From Truepera sp. (lineage in GTDB: Bacteria; Deinococcota; Deinococci; Deinococcales; Trueperaceae): a stretch of 64,000 nucleotides of DNA. Below the pieces are notes generated by a model. It searched no databases, had not been told where the DNA came from, and saw nothing but the letters and a program-made list of their open reading frames with translations. The translations under genes and the position numbers were made by a program. Location: contig CBDCKW010000009.1 of NCBI GenBank assembly GCA_965218435.1, positions 3,264,001 through 3,328,000 of the forward strand, given 5' to 3'. Positions 30,048-39,891 of the stretch are shown here, one piece after another (the stretch's first letter is position 1; the number at the start of each line of letters is the position of its first letter).

Positions 30048-30632
30048 TCAGTGACGGACGCGGTAGCGGATGTGAGTGGCTTCCGGGGTGTCGATCACCC
30101 GCACAATCTCTAGTTCGGTAGGCGACGGCAACACGTCGAACAGCCGTCGGCCACTCCCGAGCAGCACCGGAATCTGATGGATTTGCAATTCGTCGAGTAC
30201 CCCGGCCTCGAGCGCCCGTTGCGCCGTGGTCGCGCCATGCACCAGCACGTTCCGATCCCCGGCGGCGGCCTTCGCCTGTGCCATCGCGCTAGTGATCCCA
30301 TCGGCGGCGTAGGTTACCAACGGATAGTTCGCGACGGACGGTTCGGGCGGCCGGTGACTGGGCACAAAGACCGGGACACCGTGGTGATCGCCGCCCCAGT
30401 GATCGACCTGCTCCATGGTCCGCCGGCCCACGACGACCGCGCCGGTCGCCTTGCCTTCGTCCAGAAACTGTCCGGCCACTCCGGACGACTGAGTGGATTC
30501 CCCGTCCGGGCCGAATCCGTACCAGTCGTGCAGTCGCATGAAGCCGTCGCCCCCTGGGTTGCCCGGCTCGTCATTCGGTCCCGCGATGTACCCGTCAAGC
30601 GACATCGACATGTAGAGGACAGTCTTTCCCAC
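30048..30632 (-). CDS. RibD C-terminal/dihydrofolate reductase family protein
   Basis: MSMSLDGYIAG, VVGRRT and DELQIHQIPVLLGSGRRLF motifs. Confidence 0.9.
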   Translation of the reverse strand: MGKTVLYMSMSLDGYIAGPNDEPGNPGGDGFMRLHDWYGFGPDGESTQSSGVAGQFLDEGKATGAVVVGRRTMEQVDHWGGDHHGVPVFVPSHRPPEPSVANYPLVTYAADGITSAMAQAKAAAGDRNVLVHGATTAQRALEAGVLDELQIHQIPVLLGSGRRLFDVLPSPTELEIVRVIDTPEATHIRYRVRH

Positions 30633-30635
30633 GCT

Positions 30636-31130
30636 TCATCTCCTCGCTTCTTGCGCCAAAAATGCCTCGAGCCTGTCCCAAGTTTCGTTCAGTCCCGCTT
30701 CCATGCCCATATCCAGAACGCGCTTAAGCTCCTCAGCCGACCCGAAGACCGTACGGCTGATAACTTTTGTCTCGTCTTCCAGAGCTTCAAAACTAACGGT
30801 GATTTGCAGCTGCGGCGTGCCTTCAAGCACATTGCCGTCACTGTCTACAAAGTTATCTGTATAGGTAATTTTTTCCGGCGGTTGGATGTCTCGGTACACG
30901 GCTTTGCCCCAGCTCTCCTCCCCGCCGGGGCCGCGCATACAGTAGAGCCAAGTGCCACCAGGGCGAAAGTCCAGCTCGCATACAGGCAGCGTCCAACCTT
31001 TCGGCCCCCACCACTGTTTGAGATGTTCAGGTTTGCTGAACGCTTCAAAAACCAGTTCTCGAGGCGCATTAAAAACGCGTTCTACAACGAAAGTGCGGTC
31101 AGTGAGCGTAGCTGCATTATTCTGATTCAT
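30636..31130 (-). CDS. SRPBCC/AHSA1 family protein
   Basis: ERVFNAPRELVFEAF, WWGPKGW, DFRPGG and GLNETWDRL motifs. Confidence 0.92.
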   Translation of the reverse strand: MNQNNAATLTDRTFVVERVFNAPRELVFEAFSKPEHLKQWWGPKGWTLPVCELDFRPGGTWLYCMRGPGGEESWGKAVYRDIQPPEKITYTDNFVDSDGNVLEGTPQLQITVSFEALEDETKVISRTVFGSAEELKRVLDMGMEAGLNETWDRLEAFLAQEARR

Positions 31131-31473
31131 CTTTCTTCTCCTTTTGCGGCTTTTGTAAAGCCTCTAGATACTCTTCCAGGCGGTCGAAACTTTCTTCCCA
31201 AAACTGCCTAAACGGAACCACCCAGTCGTAAATCGTTTTTAGGCGCTCGCCGTTGAGCCTATATAAACGCCGCTGACCCGACGTGCGCACTGTAACTAGC
31301 CCCACCTCCTTTAAGACGCGCAGATGTTTGGAAACTTGCGGCTGTCTCGCACCCGTCGCTTCGACCAGTTCGCTCACTGAGCGTTCCCCACCTGCCAGCA
31401 CGTTTAAGATGTCGCGCCGCTGCGCCTCGCCGACAGCGTTAAAAACATCCGAGTTGGTCGCCGAACGTGCCAT
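31117..31473 (-). CDS. ArsR family regulator (SRPBCC-associated, leaderless)
   Basis: DVFNAVGEAQRRDIL, QPQVSKHLRVL and FWEESFDRL motifs. Confidence 0.92.
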   Translation of the reverse strand: MARSATNSDVFNAVGEAQRRDILNVLAGGERSVSELVEATGARQPQVSKHLRVLKEVGLVTVRTSGQRRLYRLNGERLKTIYDWVVPFRQFWEESFDRLEEYLEALQKPQKEKKDESE

Positions 31474-31479
31474 GAATTC

Positions 31480-31509
31480 AGCATATTCTTATATGGGAAT
31501 GTAAGTCAA
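31480..31509 (-). promoter_or_regulatory. Promoter with an operator palindrome in the spacer
   Basis: TTGACT-18-TATGCT-6-ATG; ATTCCCATATAAGAAT imperfect palindrome at 31485-31500. Confidence 0.7.
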
Positions 31510-31632
31510 GTGAAAAAGGTTCGAAAATTCAACTAGGGCGTTTTGTATTCGCTCGAGGCGCGAGCCCCTACCTTAAACCTGAACTGAGACACCTTTCACG
31601 CATTTTTCGGCCCTAACCGCTATCATAGGCGC

Positions 31633-32061
31633 ATGACCTATAAAGCTACCCTCACCGCACTTGTGCTCGCGCTGGCACTGACCGCTTGCGCTCCCCGAAC
31701 TCAGCCCACCCCCACCGCACGGCCCCCAGCAACCCAAGGACAGCCGGGAACACCGACCAGGCCGAACGCACTCCCTAAAGGCAACCGCGTCCTGACCGAC
31801 CCCGCAGCCCTCGAGGTTGACCGCGCCGCCCGCCAAGCGTTTCACCTGATGGGGCTGGGCTACGCCCGTACGGGAACGTACAGCGTCAACGCTTTGGTTT
31901 CCGACCTCGAGCTCCCCAGCGGCGCACGGTGGGAACTCGAAGACTTGAAGCCCAACACCTATAAGCTCCGCTTTACGTCGGACAATGTACCGGATGTGGC
32001 GTGGCTCGTGACTCCCGAGGGTGTCAAGGCGCAACAAACCAACGACAACAGAATCCTTTAG
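31633..32061 (+). CDS. Uncharacterised lipoprotein (leaderless)
   Basis: TATCAT-6-ATG; lipobox LTAC; Pro/Thr-rich linker. Confidence 0.75.
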   Translation: MTYKATLTALVLALALTACAPRTQPTPTARPPATQGQPGTPTRPNALPKGNRVLTDPAALEVDRAARQAFHLMGLGYARTGTYSVNALVSDLELPSGARWELEDLKPNTYKLRFTSDNVPDVAWLVTPEGVKAQQTNDNRIL

Positions 32062-32084
32062 GCTAACCCTAGCAAGGAGACCCC

Positions 32085-34004
32085 ATGCCCAACCGCCCGC
32101 TAACCCGCGTTTTACCCTGGCTTTTCGCTCTATTGACGAGCGTTTCTTGGGTAAGCGCCCAAAACGCCCGATCAGACCTGCGTCCCCTCGAGCAGCTCGC
32201 CCCCGCCGAGAGCTTTTTGACCCTCGGGTTTAACAGCCCGTTTGGAGCGCCCGAAACCGGCTTGCAGACGGATTTAGCCGCCCTCGACTTTCCCAGAGCG
32301 GGCCGGACGCTTGAAAAACTCGGTGAGCTGAGTGACGACCCGACCCTGCGCGACCTACTCGGTGAGTACGGTGGCTTTTTTCAAGGGGTTGAAGGGCAGC
32401 TCAAACGTCAGCAGAAGCGTATGGGTGAAGGCAACGCGTTTACGCGCTGCTTGGAGGCCAACACCCCGGAAAACCTCGAGACCCTGGCCCTACCTGAAAC
32501 GTCCGCTGCCTGGACCAGCGCCCTCTTAAGTGTCGGCGCGAGCAGCTACAGCCCCATTCCGGCAGTTACAGCGATGGTCCGGGTTGCGCCCACAGCAGCA
32601 GCGCCGTTTGCTGAACTTCAGCGTCTCGTCGTGCTCTGTAGCGAACGCGTCGGCGTTGAGGTCGTGCGGCTCCGCGAAGGGAATACGCCGCTCGTCGTCG
32701 TCGGCAACGCGGGCGATTTTCCGGTCGTCCTAAGCCGGGTCGGGACGCTCTTTATTGCCGGGACGAACCCCGAAGCGGTGCGCGGCGTCGTGCGGCGGGC
32801 GCATGGCTCAGAAGAACCCAACCTCAGCACGACTGATTTTTACAAGCAAAATCAGGAACTGTTAGCTGGCCCCGGGATGAGTTTGGCGCTGAACGCAGCA
32901 GCTCTGGGGAACACGGTAGAGAGCTTGGGTGGGGGCTTTGCTGACGCCCAAACCCAGCCTCTACTAGACAGACTGGTCGGGTCTTTGCGCACCTTGGGCT
33001 CTTACGCCGGGGTCTTGCGCTTTGAAGGACAAGAACTGCGGCTGAGCTCGAGGCTGAACGTCAACCCCAAAGGTGGCGACGCCGAACTCACGGCGCTGCT
33101 GCTGGACGACACGCCCGCCCCAGCTCCGACCCTTGCCCCGGCAGGCAGTACCGCCGTCAGTACCATACGCTGGCAACCTCAGCGTGTTTTAGATTATGTG
33201 GAGGGTTGGGCCGAGCTTGCAGGACGGGCGATGGGCGAAGCGGTATCCCTACAAGACCTGGCGCAGCAAGAACTCGGCTTAGATTTGGACACAGCCTTGG
33301 GCTGGCTCGGTGATGAGACGACGAGCATCGTCCTAAAGCCCGTCGGTACGGACATCAGCACGCTCGTCTATGGTCGCCCGCAAGTGATGGCCTTCAAAAC
33401 GACCGGTCAGGCGGCGGCTCAAGCTGGTTTGAAAGAGATTGGGCAGGCAGTGCTGCGGGGGCTCGAGTCCCAAAATCTCTCCGCCGCCGACCTCCCGGCA
33501 AATCTTTACACCCAAATTTCCCAAAGTAGCTACCGCTTCGGTGACACCGAGGTTACGCGTTTCCGCGTCGGCCCGAACCTCGACCTCGGCACTGCCTTTT
33601 TAGGAGACACGCTGCTCGTCGGGACGCCCGCAGCAGCGTTAGAAGATGTCATCACGACGGCGCAAGGTCTCCGCAGGCCCTTGACCGACGACGAAAGCTA
33701 TCAGCAGAGTCAGACGGACGCGCCACAAAATGCGGTCAGCTCGAGGTACACCGATCTTGCAGCCGAGTTGCGTGGTTACGCCGAGCTGACCCGCGTCGTC
33801 GCCCAACCGCTCGCATTTACGGCGTCAGTTGGCCTTGGTGGGGACGCGAACACGCAAGCACCCGATTTCGCCGACCTGTTGCACCTGCTCGAGCTCATGC
33901 CCAACACCCTGCAAACCTTCAGCGACCACACCGGAAGTACGACGGGTTACACCTGGATAGAGGGCGACACGCGCCGCTCGGAAACGCGTTTGAGCCTCAG
34001 ATAA
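32085..34004 (+). CDS. Large exported hypothetical protein (DUF3352-like two-lobe repeat)
   Basis: AGGAG RBS; signal peptide VSA-Q; internally repeated architecture; LGWLGDE motif. Family assignment tentative. Confidence 0.6.
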   Translation: MPNRPLTRVLPWLFALLTSVSWVSAQNARSDLRPLEQLAPAESFLTLGFNSPFGAPETGLQTDLAALDFPRAGRTLEKLGELSDDPTLRDLLGEYGGFFQGVEGQLKRQQKRMGEGNAFTRCLEANTPENLETLALPETSAAWTSALLSVGASSYSPIPAVTAMVRVAPTAAAPFAELQRLVVLCSERVGVEVVRLREGNTPLVVVGNAGDFPVVLSRVGTLFIAGTNPEAVRGVVRRAHGSEEPNLSTTDFYKQNQELLAGPGMSLALNAAALGNTVESLGGGFADAQTQPLLDRLVGSLRTLGSYAGVLRFEGQELRLSSRLNVNPKGGDAELTALLLDDTPAPAPTLAPAGSTAVSTIRWQPQRVLDYVEGWAELAGRAMGEAVSLQDLAQQELGLDLDTALGWLGDETTSIVLKPVGTDISTLVYGRPQVMAFKTTGQAAAQAGLKEIGQAVLRGLESQNLSAADLPANLYTQISQSSYRFGDTEVTRFRVGPNLDLGTAFLGDTLLVGTPAAALEDVITTAQGLRRPLTDDESYQQSQTDAPQNAVSSRYTDLAAELRGYAELTRVVAQPLAFTASVGLGGDANTQAPDFADLLHLLELMPNTLQTFSDHTGSTTGYTWIEGDTRRSETRLSLR

Positions 34005-34019
34005 CGTCTTAAAGACATG

Positions 34020-34051
34020 AAAAAGCCGGAGCGTCAAACTCCGGCTTTTTT
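34020..34051. terminator. Bidirectional intrinsic terminator
   Basis: AAAAAGCCGGAG-CGTCAAA-CTCCGGCTTTTTT between convergent genes. Confidence 0.9.
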
Positions 34052-34064
34052 GAATAACGTAACT

Positions 34065-34397
34065 TTAGCTGGCGACGGTAGCGACGTGCTTCTCGAGCCG
34101 CGCCTGATACGCACCCTTGGGCTGCGCACCGATCATCGTTTCGACGGGTTCGCCGTCTTTGAACAAGATGACGGTCGGAATGCTCATCACGCGGAAGTTC
34201 ATCGCGGTTTGCTGATTGTCGTCTACGTTGAGCTTGCCGACCTTGATTTTGCCTTTATAGTCACCGGCGAGTTCTTCGATGACCGGGCCGACCATCCGGC
34301 AAGGACCGCACCAGGGTGCCCAGAAGTCTACCAAGACGAGCCCTTGATCGGTTTCGTTTTTGAAGTTGCTATCGGTAAATTCAGCTGTATTTGCCAT
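34065..34397 (-). CDS. trxA: Thioredoxin
   Basis: [11 protein letters not shown] and SIPT motifs; AGGAGG RBS. Confidence 0.97.
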   Translation of the reverse strand: MANTAEFTDSNFKNETDQGLVLVDFWAPWCGPCRMVGPVIEELAGDYKGKIKVGKLNVDDNQQTAMNFRVMSIPTVILFKDGEPVETMIGAQPKGAYQARLEKHVATVAS

Positions 34398-34470
34398 GTA
34401 TTTGGCCTCCTATATGCAATTTAGTTGAGTGAAACGCGCGTGTATGTCTTGTAGTCTACACGTTTGGCGG

Positions 34471-35613
34471 TTATGTCCAAAGATGAAACGCAGCTGTGGT
34501 GTCGCCCCTGCCGAACTTCGGCGGCATCAGACCGAGTGCGCGGCTCCCTCCTTTGACGGCGGCTCTTACGAGTGCCAAAGGGCTCACCTTGTCCCCGTGC
34601 AGCGCCCGCGCCGCTGCGACTTCGTGCTCGAGACTCAGGTCCGGCGCAGACCCGCGAGAGTCCGTCCCTAGTGCGATTTCAACCCCGTGTTTGGCGTACA
34701 GCTCCCACGGAAAACGCCCACATTCCAGAGCCTCGTTCGAGCGCGGACAATGCACTACCCCGCACCCGGCCTTCGCCACCGTTTTGATGTCGTCTTCGGG
34801 CACGTTCACCATATGGACGAGTGTCGGCCGCGCGTCTAGTACGCCCAGCTCGGCGAGGTACTGCACCGGCTTCAAACCACTTGGCTGCCAAGACCCCAAA
34901 AAAGGTTTCATGAATTCATAAAGCGGCCCACTGCCGTCTCGCTGCATAGAGACTTCCGCGGGGCTTTCTGCCACATGAATTTGCAGCGGCAGGTTTTCGG
35001 CGATAGCCAAACGTGCGAGCTTTTGTAAAAGTAGGCCGCTCACCGTATGCGGCGTATGCGGTGAGAGCCCGAGTTTGAGCCCGTCGGGACGCTCGAGCCT
35101 CCGAAACTCGCGTAACAACTCAACGGTTTCCGCAAACGCTTTATCGGCATCGTCAGGATCCGGCGCAAAGACTTCCCAGTACGCTACACCCTTGAGTCCG
35201 GGCGTTTGCAAAAGCCAGCGCACCACCTCAGCTCTAGCTACGATATCGCCAAAAGCTCCAACACCGGTAGCCGTAATTTCAGCCAGCCCCGCCTTAGCTG
35301 CCTCGACCCCACGACTCGAGTCATGGTTGACGACGTGCCGGATAAAGTTGTCGTAAGAACCCCTAAAGTACGGTAGGCTCGAGAGGTCTAAATGCGTGTG
35401 CGCGTTGACCGGCGGCGGTGAAATGGCAAACCCCACATCTTTTACGGGCGCGTCCGGGTAACTCTGCCGCGCGTCCGCAAGGCTCCCAACCATCACGATA
35501 CGCTCGCCCTGCACAACGACTGCCCCACCTTCGCGGGGCGTGCCGATGCCGCTATAAACGACCTCAGCGGTCAAAATTTGATGCTGTAGTAAATTCTGTT
35601 TCAGTGAACTCAT
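34471..35613 (-). CDS. Amidohydrolase, probable aminodeoxyfutalosine deaminase (Dr0824-like)
   Basis: PPPVNAHTHLD, GLSPHTP, QIHVAE, RPTLVHMVNV, CPRSN and LGTDS motifs. Closely resembles D. radiodurans Dr0824 as recalled; mqnC lies 2.4 kb upstream on the same strand. Confidence 0.8.
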   Translation of the reverse strand: MSSLKQNLLQHQILTAEVVYSGIGTPREGGAVVVQGERIVMVGSLADARQSYPDAPVKDVGFAISPPPVNAHTHLDLSSLPYFRGSYDNFIRHVVNHDSSRGVEAAKAGLAEITATGVGAFGDIVARAEVVRWLLQTPGLKGVAYWEVFAPDPDDADKAFAETVELLREFRRLERPDGLKLGLSPHTPHTVSGLLLQKLARLAIAENLPLQIHVAESPAEVSMQRDGSGPLYEFMKPFLGSWQPSGLKPVQYLAELGVLDARPTLVHMVNVPEDDIKTVAKAGCGVVHCPRSNEALECGRFPWELYAKHGVEIALGTDSRGSAPDLSLEHEVAAARALHGDKVSPLALVRAAVKGGSRALGLMPPKFGRGDTTAAFHLWT

Positions 35614-35648
35614 AACCCAACGCTACCGGATTGCTGAACTAAATTCAG

Positions 35649-35885
35649 CTAGCTTGCAAACAGGTTAAACGTGCCTGCGACGAGTGCGCCGACGACATAG
35701 AGCAAAATACCAACGCAGCAAAGCACAAAGGCAGCTTGAGCGAAGTTCCTTTTACTCGGCAGTGCCGAGTTACCAAACGCCCAATATGCAAGCGCGACCA
35801 AGTTGACCAGCGGAATGGACAAGACGATAAACGTCACGATCCAATTCCCTACCGAAATGACCTCTGCTTCATCACGGCGCTGCAT
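35649..35885 (-). CDS. Small membrane protein
   Basis: GGAGG RBS; ISVGNWIVT...IPLVNL...WAFG...SKRNFAQA pattern. Confidence 0.75.
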   Translation of the reverse strand: MQRRDEAEVISVGNWIVTFIVLSIPLVNLVALAYWAFGNSALPSKRNFAQAAFVLCCVGILLYVVGALVAGTFNLFAS

Positions 35886-35899
35886 CAGGTAGCCTCCAA

Positions 35900-36805
35900 T
35901 TAGCGGTGCTGCGTGTAACGTGTGGCTGTGTTTAGGTTGCGGAGGGTCTCGAGTTCCCCTACGGTCAGCGTGACTTCAGCTGCGCCAACATTCTCTTCCA
36001 ACTGTTCTAAACTGCTCGCTCCCGGAACCACGGTTGCGACCGCCGGACTTGAAAGCGCATAACGCAGTGCGAGCTGCGCCATTGTCCGCTCAGGCGTCAC
36101 TAAATCCCGCAAGGCGGCACGTGTATCCTCTAAAACTTTGGTTGAATGGTCTAAAAAACCGTCCGATACTTTGGCCTCACCTGACACGCTCAAGATACCT
36201 TTGGCAACCGGTCCCCGCACAATGACGCTGACACTGTTTCGCTCGAGTAGCCCCAACACCGCCTCTTCGGGCCGCCGGTCTAAGAGGCTGTACTGCATCA
36301 TCACGCTCGCCATGTTTGACTTGTTGACCCACTCCCGAATCACGTTGGGCCGGATTGACGAAATCCCATACGCGCGGATCAGCCCCTGCGTTTTGAGGTC
36401 TTCAAACGTCTCGATCACGCCGTCAATGTCGTCATCTAAGGTACCGCCGTGCAGCTGATAGAGGTCTAAATAATCCGTCTGGAGCCGCTTCAAGCTCGCC
36501 TCAACAGCCTGCCGGATATATGTCGGCGACGCGTCCCAATCCCAGGTGCTGCCGTCCTCACGCCAACGGTTGCCGACCTTGCTAGCCAAAACGACCTGCT
36601 CACGCATTCCCTTAAACGCCCTACCGACGCTCTTCTCGTTGAAACCTTTGTCGTACAGATCGGCAGTATCAAAAAAGGTGACGCCCAAGTCCAAAGCCCG
36701 TTGCAAAAGTTTGATATTTTCATCGTGGTCATGGCCTAAAGACATGCAGCCGTAGCCGATTTCGCTGACCTCAACGTCACTTTTACCCAAGCAGTTGATT
36801 TTCAT
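35900..36805 (-). CDS. Aldo/keto reductase
   Basis: GYGCMSLG, FFDTADLY and SLKRLQTDYLDLYQLHGG motifs. Confidence 0.94.
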   Translation of the reverse strand: MKINCLGKSDVEVSEIGYGCMSLGHDHDENIKLLQRALDLGVTFFDTADLYDKGFNEKSVGRAFKGMREQVVLASKVGNRWREDGSTWDWDASPTYIRQAVEASLKRLQTDYLDLYQLHGGTLDDDIDGVIETFEDLKTQGLIRAYGISSIRPNVIREWVNKSNMASVMMQYSLLDRRPEEAVLGLLERNSVSVIVRGPVAKGILSVSGEAKVSDGFLDHSTKVLEDTRAALRDLVTPERTMAQLALRYALSSPAVATVVPGASSLEQLEENVGAAEVTLTVGELETLRNLNTATRYTQHR

Positions 36806-37473
36806 GGTCTCCCTTCGTGCACAAGCAGCCAGCCGATCAGCTCGAGCATTACCTGCGCTCGTCTCCGGGCGTCTCCTTCAAAAAGCTCGTGAAGTGACGC
36901 GTCTAAACCTTCAGGTACAGCTTGCAAATCCGGCAAATGTACCCACACCGCGCCCCCAGGCGGCATAGGTTTGTCGTTATGTGCCCACAGCCCCTCTAAA
37001 ACCTTCCAACTGTTGATGCTCGCGCAATACCCCAGTTTTTGCGTGTCTCCCACCGCCATCGCCGCGTTCAGTTTGAGAGAAGCACTCTTTAACCAGTAGA
37101 AAATGGCTGATTTCTCGTGAGCAGGCGTTTGGTAAGTCTCAAACCGGTTTCCGGCAAGCTGCTCGAGTTCAGCGAGTAGGCCGTCGGGATCGTAAAGCGT
37201 GCAACCGTCCAGATAGCTGTAGAGTTCCACCGGGTTCTCGAGCAAACGTGCTTTTGCCCCTGTCACGTCCCAGATGTGCCGCTCGACGAGCGTACCATCT
37301 ATCATTTCAGAGCGAAACGACGGCCCGGTTAAAGAATCTACTAAGACGAGCATATCCAAGTCAGAACCGGGAAGAGCGTCGCCTCTAGCCCTCGAGCCCG
37401 TCAGCAACACACCGCGGACGTTTTTGTCGCGGCAAAGCGAGTTGGTGACGCGCACGATCAGCCCGTCTGTCAC
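36802..37473 (-). CDS. Nucleotidyltransferase-domain protein
   Basis: LLTGSRARGDALPGSDLD (GS...DxD pol-beta motif) plus a helical C-terminal domain. Confidence 0.85.
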   Translation of the reverse strand: MTDGLIVRVTNSLCRDKNVRGVLLTGSRARGDALPGSDLDMLVLVDSLTGPSFRSEMIDGTLVERHIWDVTGAKARLLENPVELYSYLDGCTLYDPDGLLAELEQLAGNRFETYQTPAHEKSAIFYWLKSASLKLNAAMAVGDTQKLGYCASINSWKVLEGLWAHNDKPMPPGGAVWVHLPDLQAVPEGLDASLHELFEGDARRRAQVMLELIGWLLVHEGRP

Positions 37474-38034
37474 CTACAGCCCCTCGTAAATATCTTCAAG
37501 TGTCAGGTCAAGGCCCAAGTACGGCAGTTTCACGGTGCCGTCTCGCCGGTATTCGTGATACCACCAGCCCTCGGTGTCGTCGCGGCGGTAACGCTCCAAA
37601 TACCGTTCGTCGGCGCTGACAATAAGATAGTCGCGCAGTTCCGGAATACCCTGATAAGCCAAAAGCTTTTCACGGCGGTCAACGCTTGCAGTACTCGGTG
37701 ACATTACCTCGACTAAAAGAGATGGAGACATCTTATAAAGGTCGTCCGTATCGCTGTCGCTGCACGTTACCATCACATCGGGGTAGTAAAACTTATCCAC
37801 AAATTCGGCTTGCACCCGCAGTTTCATATCGCTGATGTAGGCGCGGCAACCCTCTTTCAAACCCTGACGAATGCGAAAGTAGATATTGCCTGCGACACGG
37901 TTGTGTTTGTCAGTCGCACCGGCAAAAGCGTACACCTGACCCTCCACAAATTCGTGTTTGGTGGTGCTGCTCGCCTCGAGCTGCAGATACTCTTCAGCCG
38001 ACAGTGGTTTGAGTTTTAACGCCGCTTCACCCAT
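37474..38034 (-). CDS. Uma2 family (DUF820) endonuclease-like protein
   Basis: KHEFVEG, YYPDVMV and VEVMSPSTASVDRREK motifs. Confidence 0.93.
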   Translation of the reverse strand: MGEAALKLKPLSAEEYLQLEASSTTKHEFVEGQVYAFAGATDKHNRVAGNIYFRIRQGLKEGCRAYISDMKLRVQAEFVDKFYYPDVMVTCSDSDTDDLYKMSPSLLVEVMSPSTASVDRREKLLAYQGIPELRDYLIVSADERYLERYRRDDTEGWWYHEYRRDGTVKLPYLGLDLTLEDIYEGL

Positions 38035-38049
38035 AAGGCAGTATAGGGT

Positions 38050-39198
38050 TTAGAAGGCAGTCTCGAGCATCCCAAAATCAATCTGTGGTTTGTCCGCTAA
38101 AATCGCCGCTGCGTCAGGCACCCTGATGGTCTCGTAAAGGCTGCCGCGCTGCACCGGCTTGAAGCCTGCCTCGGTAATCTGCCGGATGATTTCGCGCTCG
38201 TTGACGCGGCGGTGTTTGGCCCCAGCTTGTGAAACGACGTTTTCTTCCAACATCGTCGAACCGTAATCGTTCGCCCCGAAAAAGAGCGCGGTCTGTGCGA
38301 TTTTGTGCCCCATCGTCGGCCAAGAAGCTTGGAAGTTCGGCACGTTGTCTAAAAAGATGCGGCTGACCGCCAGGTTTTGCAGATACTCGTGTGCGCCCGC
38401 ACCCGGTACTTTGCCGTCAATCCGGACACCTTGCGTTTGCAGCGTCCACGAGATAAACGCCGAAAAGCCGTTGCCGTGTGTGGCGTCGGCGAGGTCTTGC
38501 TGCTCACGGACCCGAAGCATACTTCCAATCCGCTGCGCGGGCGTCTCCGCGAAACCGATGACCATCGTTGCGGTCGTGTAAAGCCCCAATTCTTGCGCTT
38601 CACCCATCACGCGAATCCAGTCATCCGACGAGATACGCGCGGGTGAGATATGTTTGGCGTGCCGGATGTCGTCTACCAACATCTCACCGCCGCCGCCCGG
38701 TAGCCCATCGAGCCCCGCCGCTTGCAGCTCTTTGAGGACTTCCATGCTCGTCATCCCGGTCAGCTTCCCCATCCCTTTGATCTCTTCAGGTGAAAACGCC
38801 TCAACGCGGATGCTCGGATGATGTGTTTTGAGGTGCTGCATCAGGTCTAAGTACCAACTAAAAGGTAGGTACTGATTGACGCCGCCCTGCATCAAGATAC
38901 GGGTACCGTGAACGGCCTCGAGTTCCCGTATCTTGTCGCTGATGGCTTCAGATGAAAGCGTGTACGCGCCCTCTTGGTTGCGCGTCCGGTAAAAACCGCA
39001 AAACGCACAGCCGACGTTGCACACATTCGAGTAGTTGATATTGCGGTCAATCAAATAGGTGACGACCCCTGGGTCGGTACGTTGTTGCCGGACGGCGTGG
39101 GCGGCGGCGGCGAGGTCAAAAAGGGGTAAGTCGTAAAGTCCGACGGCTTCTTGGGGTGATAACCGCTCTCCAGACGCGGCTTTGGTGAGCAGGTTCAT
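38050..39198 (-). CDS. mqnC: Cyclic dehypoxanthine futalosine synthase (radical SAM)
   Basis: YLIDRNINYSNVCNVGCAFCGFYR, ILMQGG, LPGGGGEML and GANDYGSTMLEENVVS motifs. Confidence 0.88.
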   Translation of the reverse strand: MNLLTKAASGERLSPQEAVGLYDLPLFDLAAAAHAVRQQRTDPGVVTYLIDRNINYSNVCNVGCAFCGFYRTRNQEGAYTLSSEAISDKIRELEAVHGTRILMQGGVNQYLPFSWYLDLMQHLKTHHPSIRVEAFSPEEIKGMGKLTGMTSMEVLKELQAAGLDGLPGGGGEMLVDDIRHAKHISPARISSDDWIRVMGEAQELGLYTTATMVIGFAETPAQRIGSMLRVREQQDLADATHGNGFSAFISWTLQTQGVRIDGKVPGAGAHEYLQNLAVSRIFLDNVPNFQASWPTMGHKIAQTALFFGANDYGSTMLEENVVSQAGAKHRRVNEREIIRQITEAGFKPVQRGSLYETIRVPDAAAILADKPQIDFGMLETAF

Positions 39199-39275
39199 AA
39201 ATAGAGTCTAGCACCGCATCTGAGCAGCGTTCGTAGTGTCGTCAGGGCATTTTTAAGTACAGCAGCAAAGGTAAG

Positions 39276-39743
39276 TTAGAGGTGTTTAAGAAAAAAGTCC
39301 CGCATCACCTTATTAAAACCGAAACGGCGATAGAGACGCCGCGCCCCTTCGTTGTCAGGTAGAGCCTCGAGGCTCAGCGCCTTCATCTCCAAAGCTCTGC
39401 ACGTCGTTTCGGCAAAGCTCAGCGCCGCCTGCCCGAACCCTCGGCCTCTAAAGTGTGGCGCAACGTAAAGCTCATCAACCTCGGCAACACGCCCGCCGTA
39501 CTCGAAACTATAGCTCCACGTGAGCGCAAGATACCCGGCCTGTTCCCCTTGGTAATCCAGCATCCAGATGCGGCCTTGGTCTTGGGAGCTGAAAAACTGC
39601 TCGAGCGCCCCCCACGTGTGCCTGGGCGAGACATCGAGGTGGTCAGCTTGATAGTAAGCCTGCATCAAAAGAAGTAACGCCTCGAGGTCCGTTCGGGTCG
39701 CTTCACGAAATGAAAGTTCGTCTGTATCGCTATGGGGCAGCAC
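39276..39743 (-). CDS. GNAT acetyltransferase
   Basis: DELYVAPHFRGRGFG and NEGARRLYRRFGF motifs. Confidence 0.9.
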   Translation of the reverse strand: MLPHSDTDELSFREATRTDLEALLLLMQAYYQADHLDVSPRHTWGALEQFFSSQDQGRIWMLDYQGEQAGYLALTWSYSFEYGGRVAEVDELYVAPHFRGRGFGQAALSFAETTCRALEMKALSLEALPDNEGARRLYRRFGFNKVMRDFFLKHL

Positions 39744-39891
39744 GACAAGAGCATAACCGCTGGGGAAATGGCTCGAGGTTGTTTAACAAAATAATCGCCC
39801 AAACCGCAGTTCTACGAGCGGGCCGGCCTAACCTAAAGAAACCGGAGATACGACGCAAGCGCCGCAACTCCGGAAAGTTGTTGAGTTCTGT

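Noticed and set aside
30177..31211. 344-aa plus-strand ORF and other long antisense ORFs across the window
   Set aside because: Shadow frames of well-supported opposite-strand genes in GC-rich DNA
36802..38034. Uma2 plus nucleotidyltransferase as an MNT-HEPN toxin-antitoxin or defence pair
   Set aside because: No HEPN RxxxxH partner; the nucleotidyltransferase has its own C-terminal helical domain, and Uma2 genes are commonly scattered
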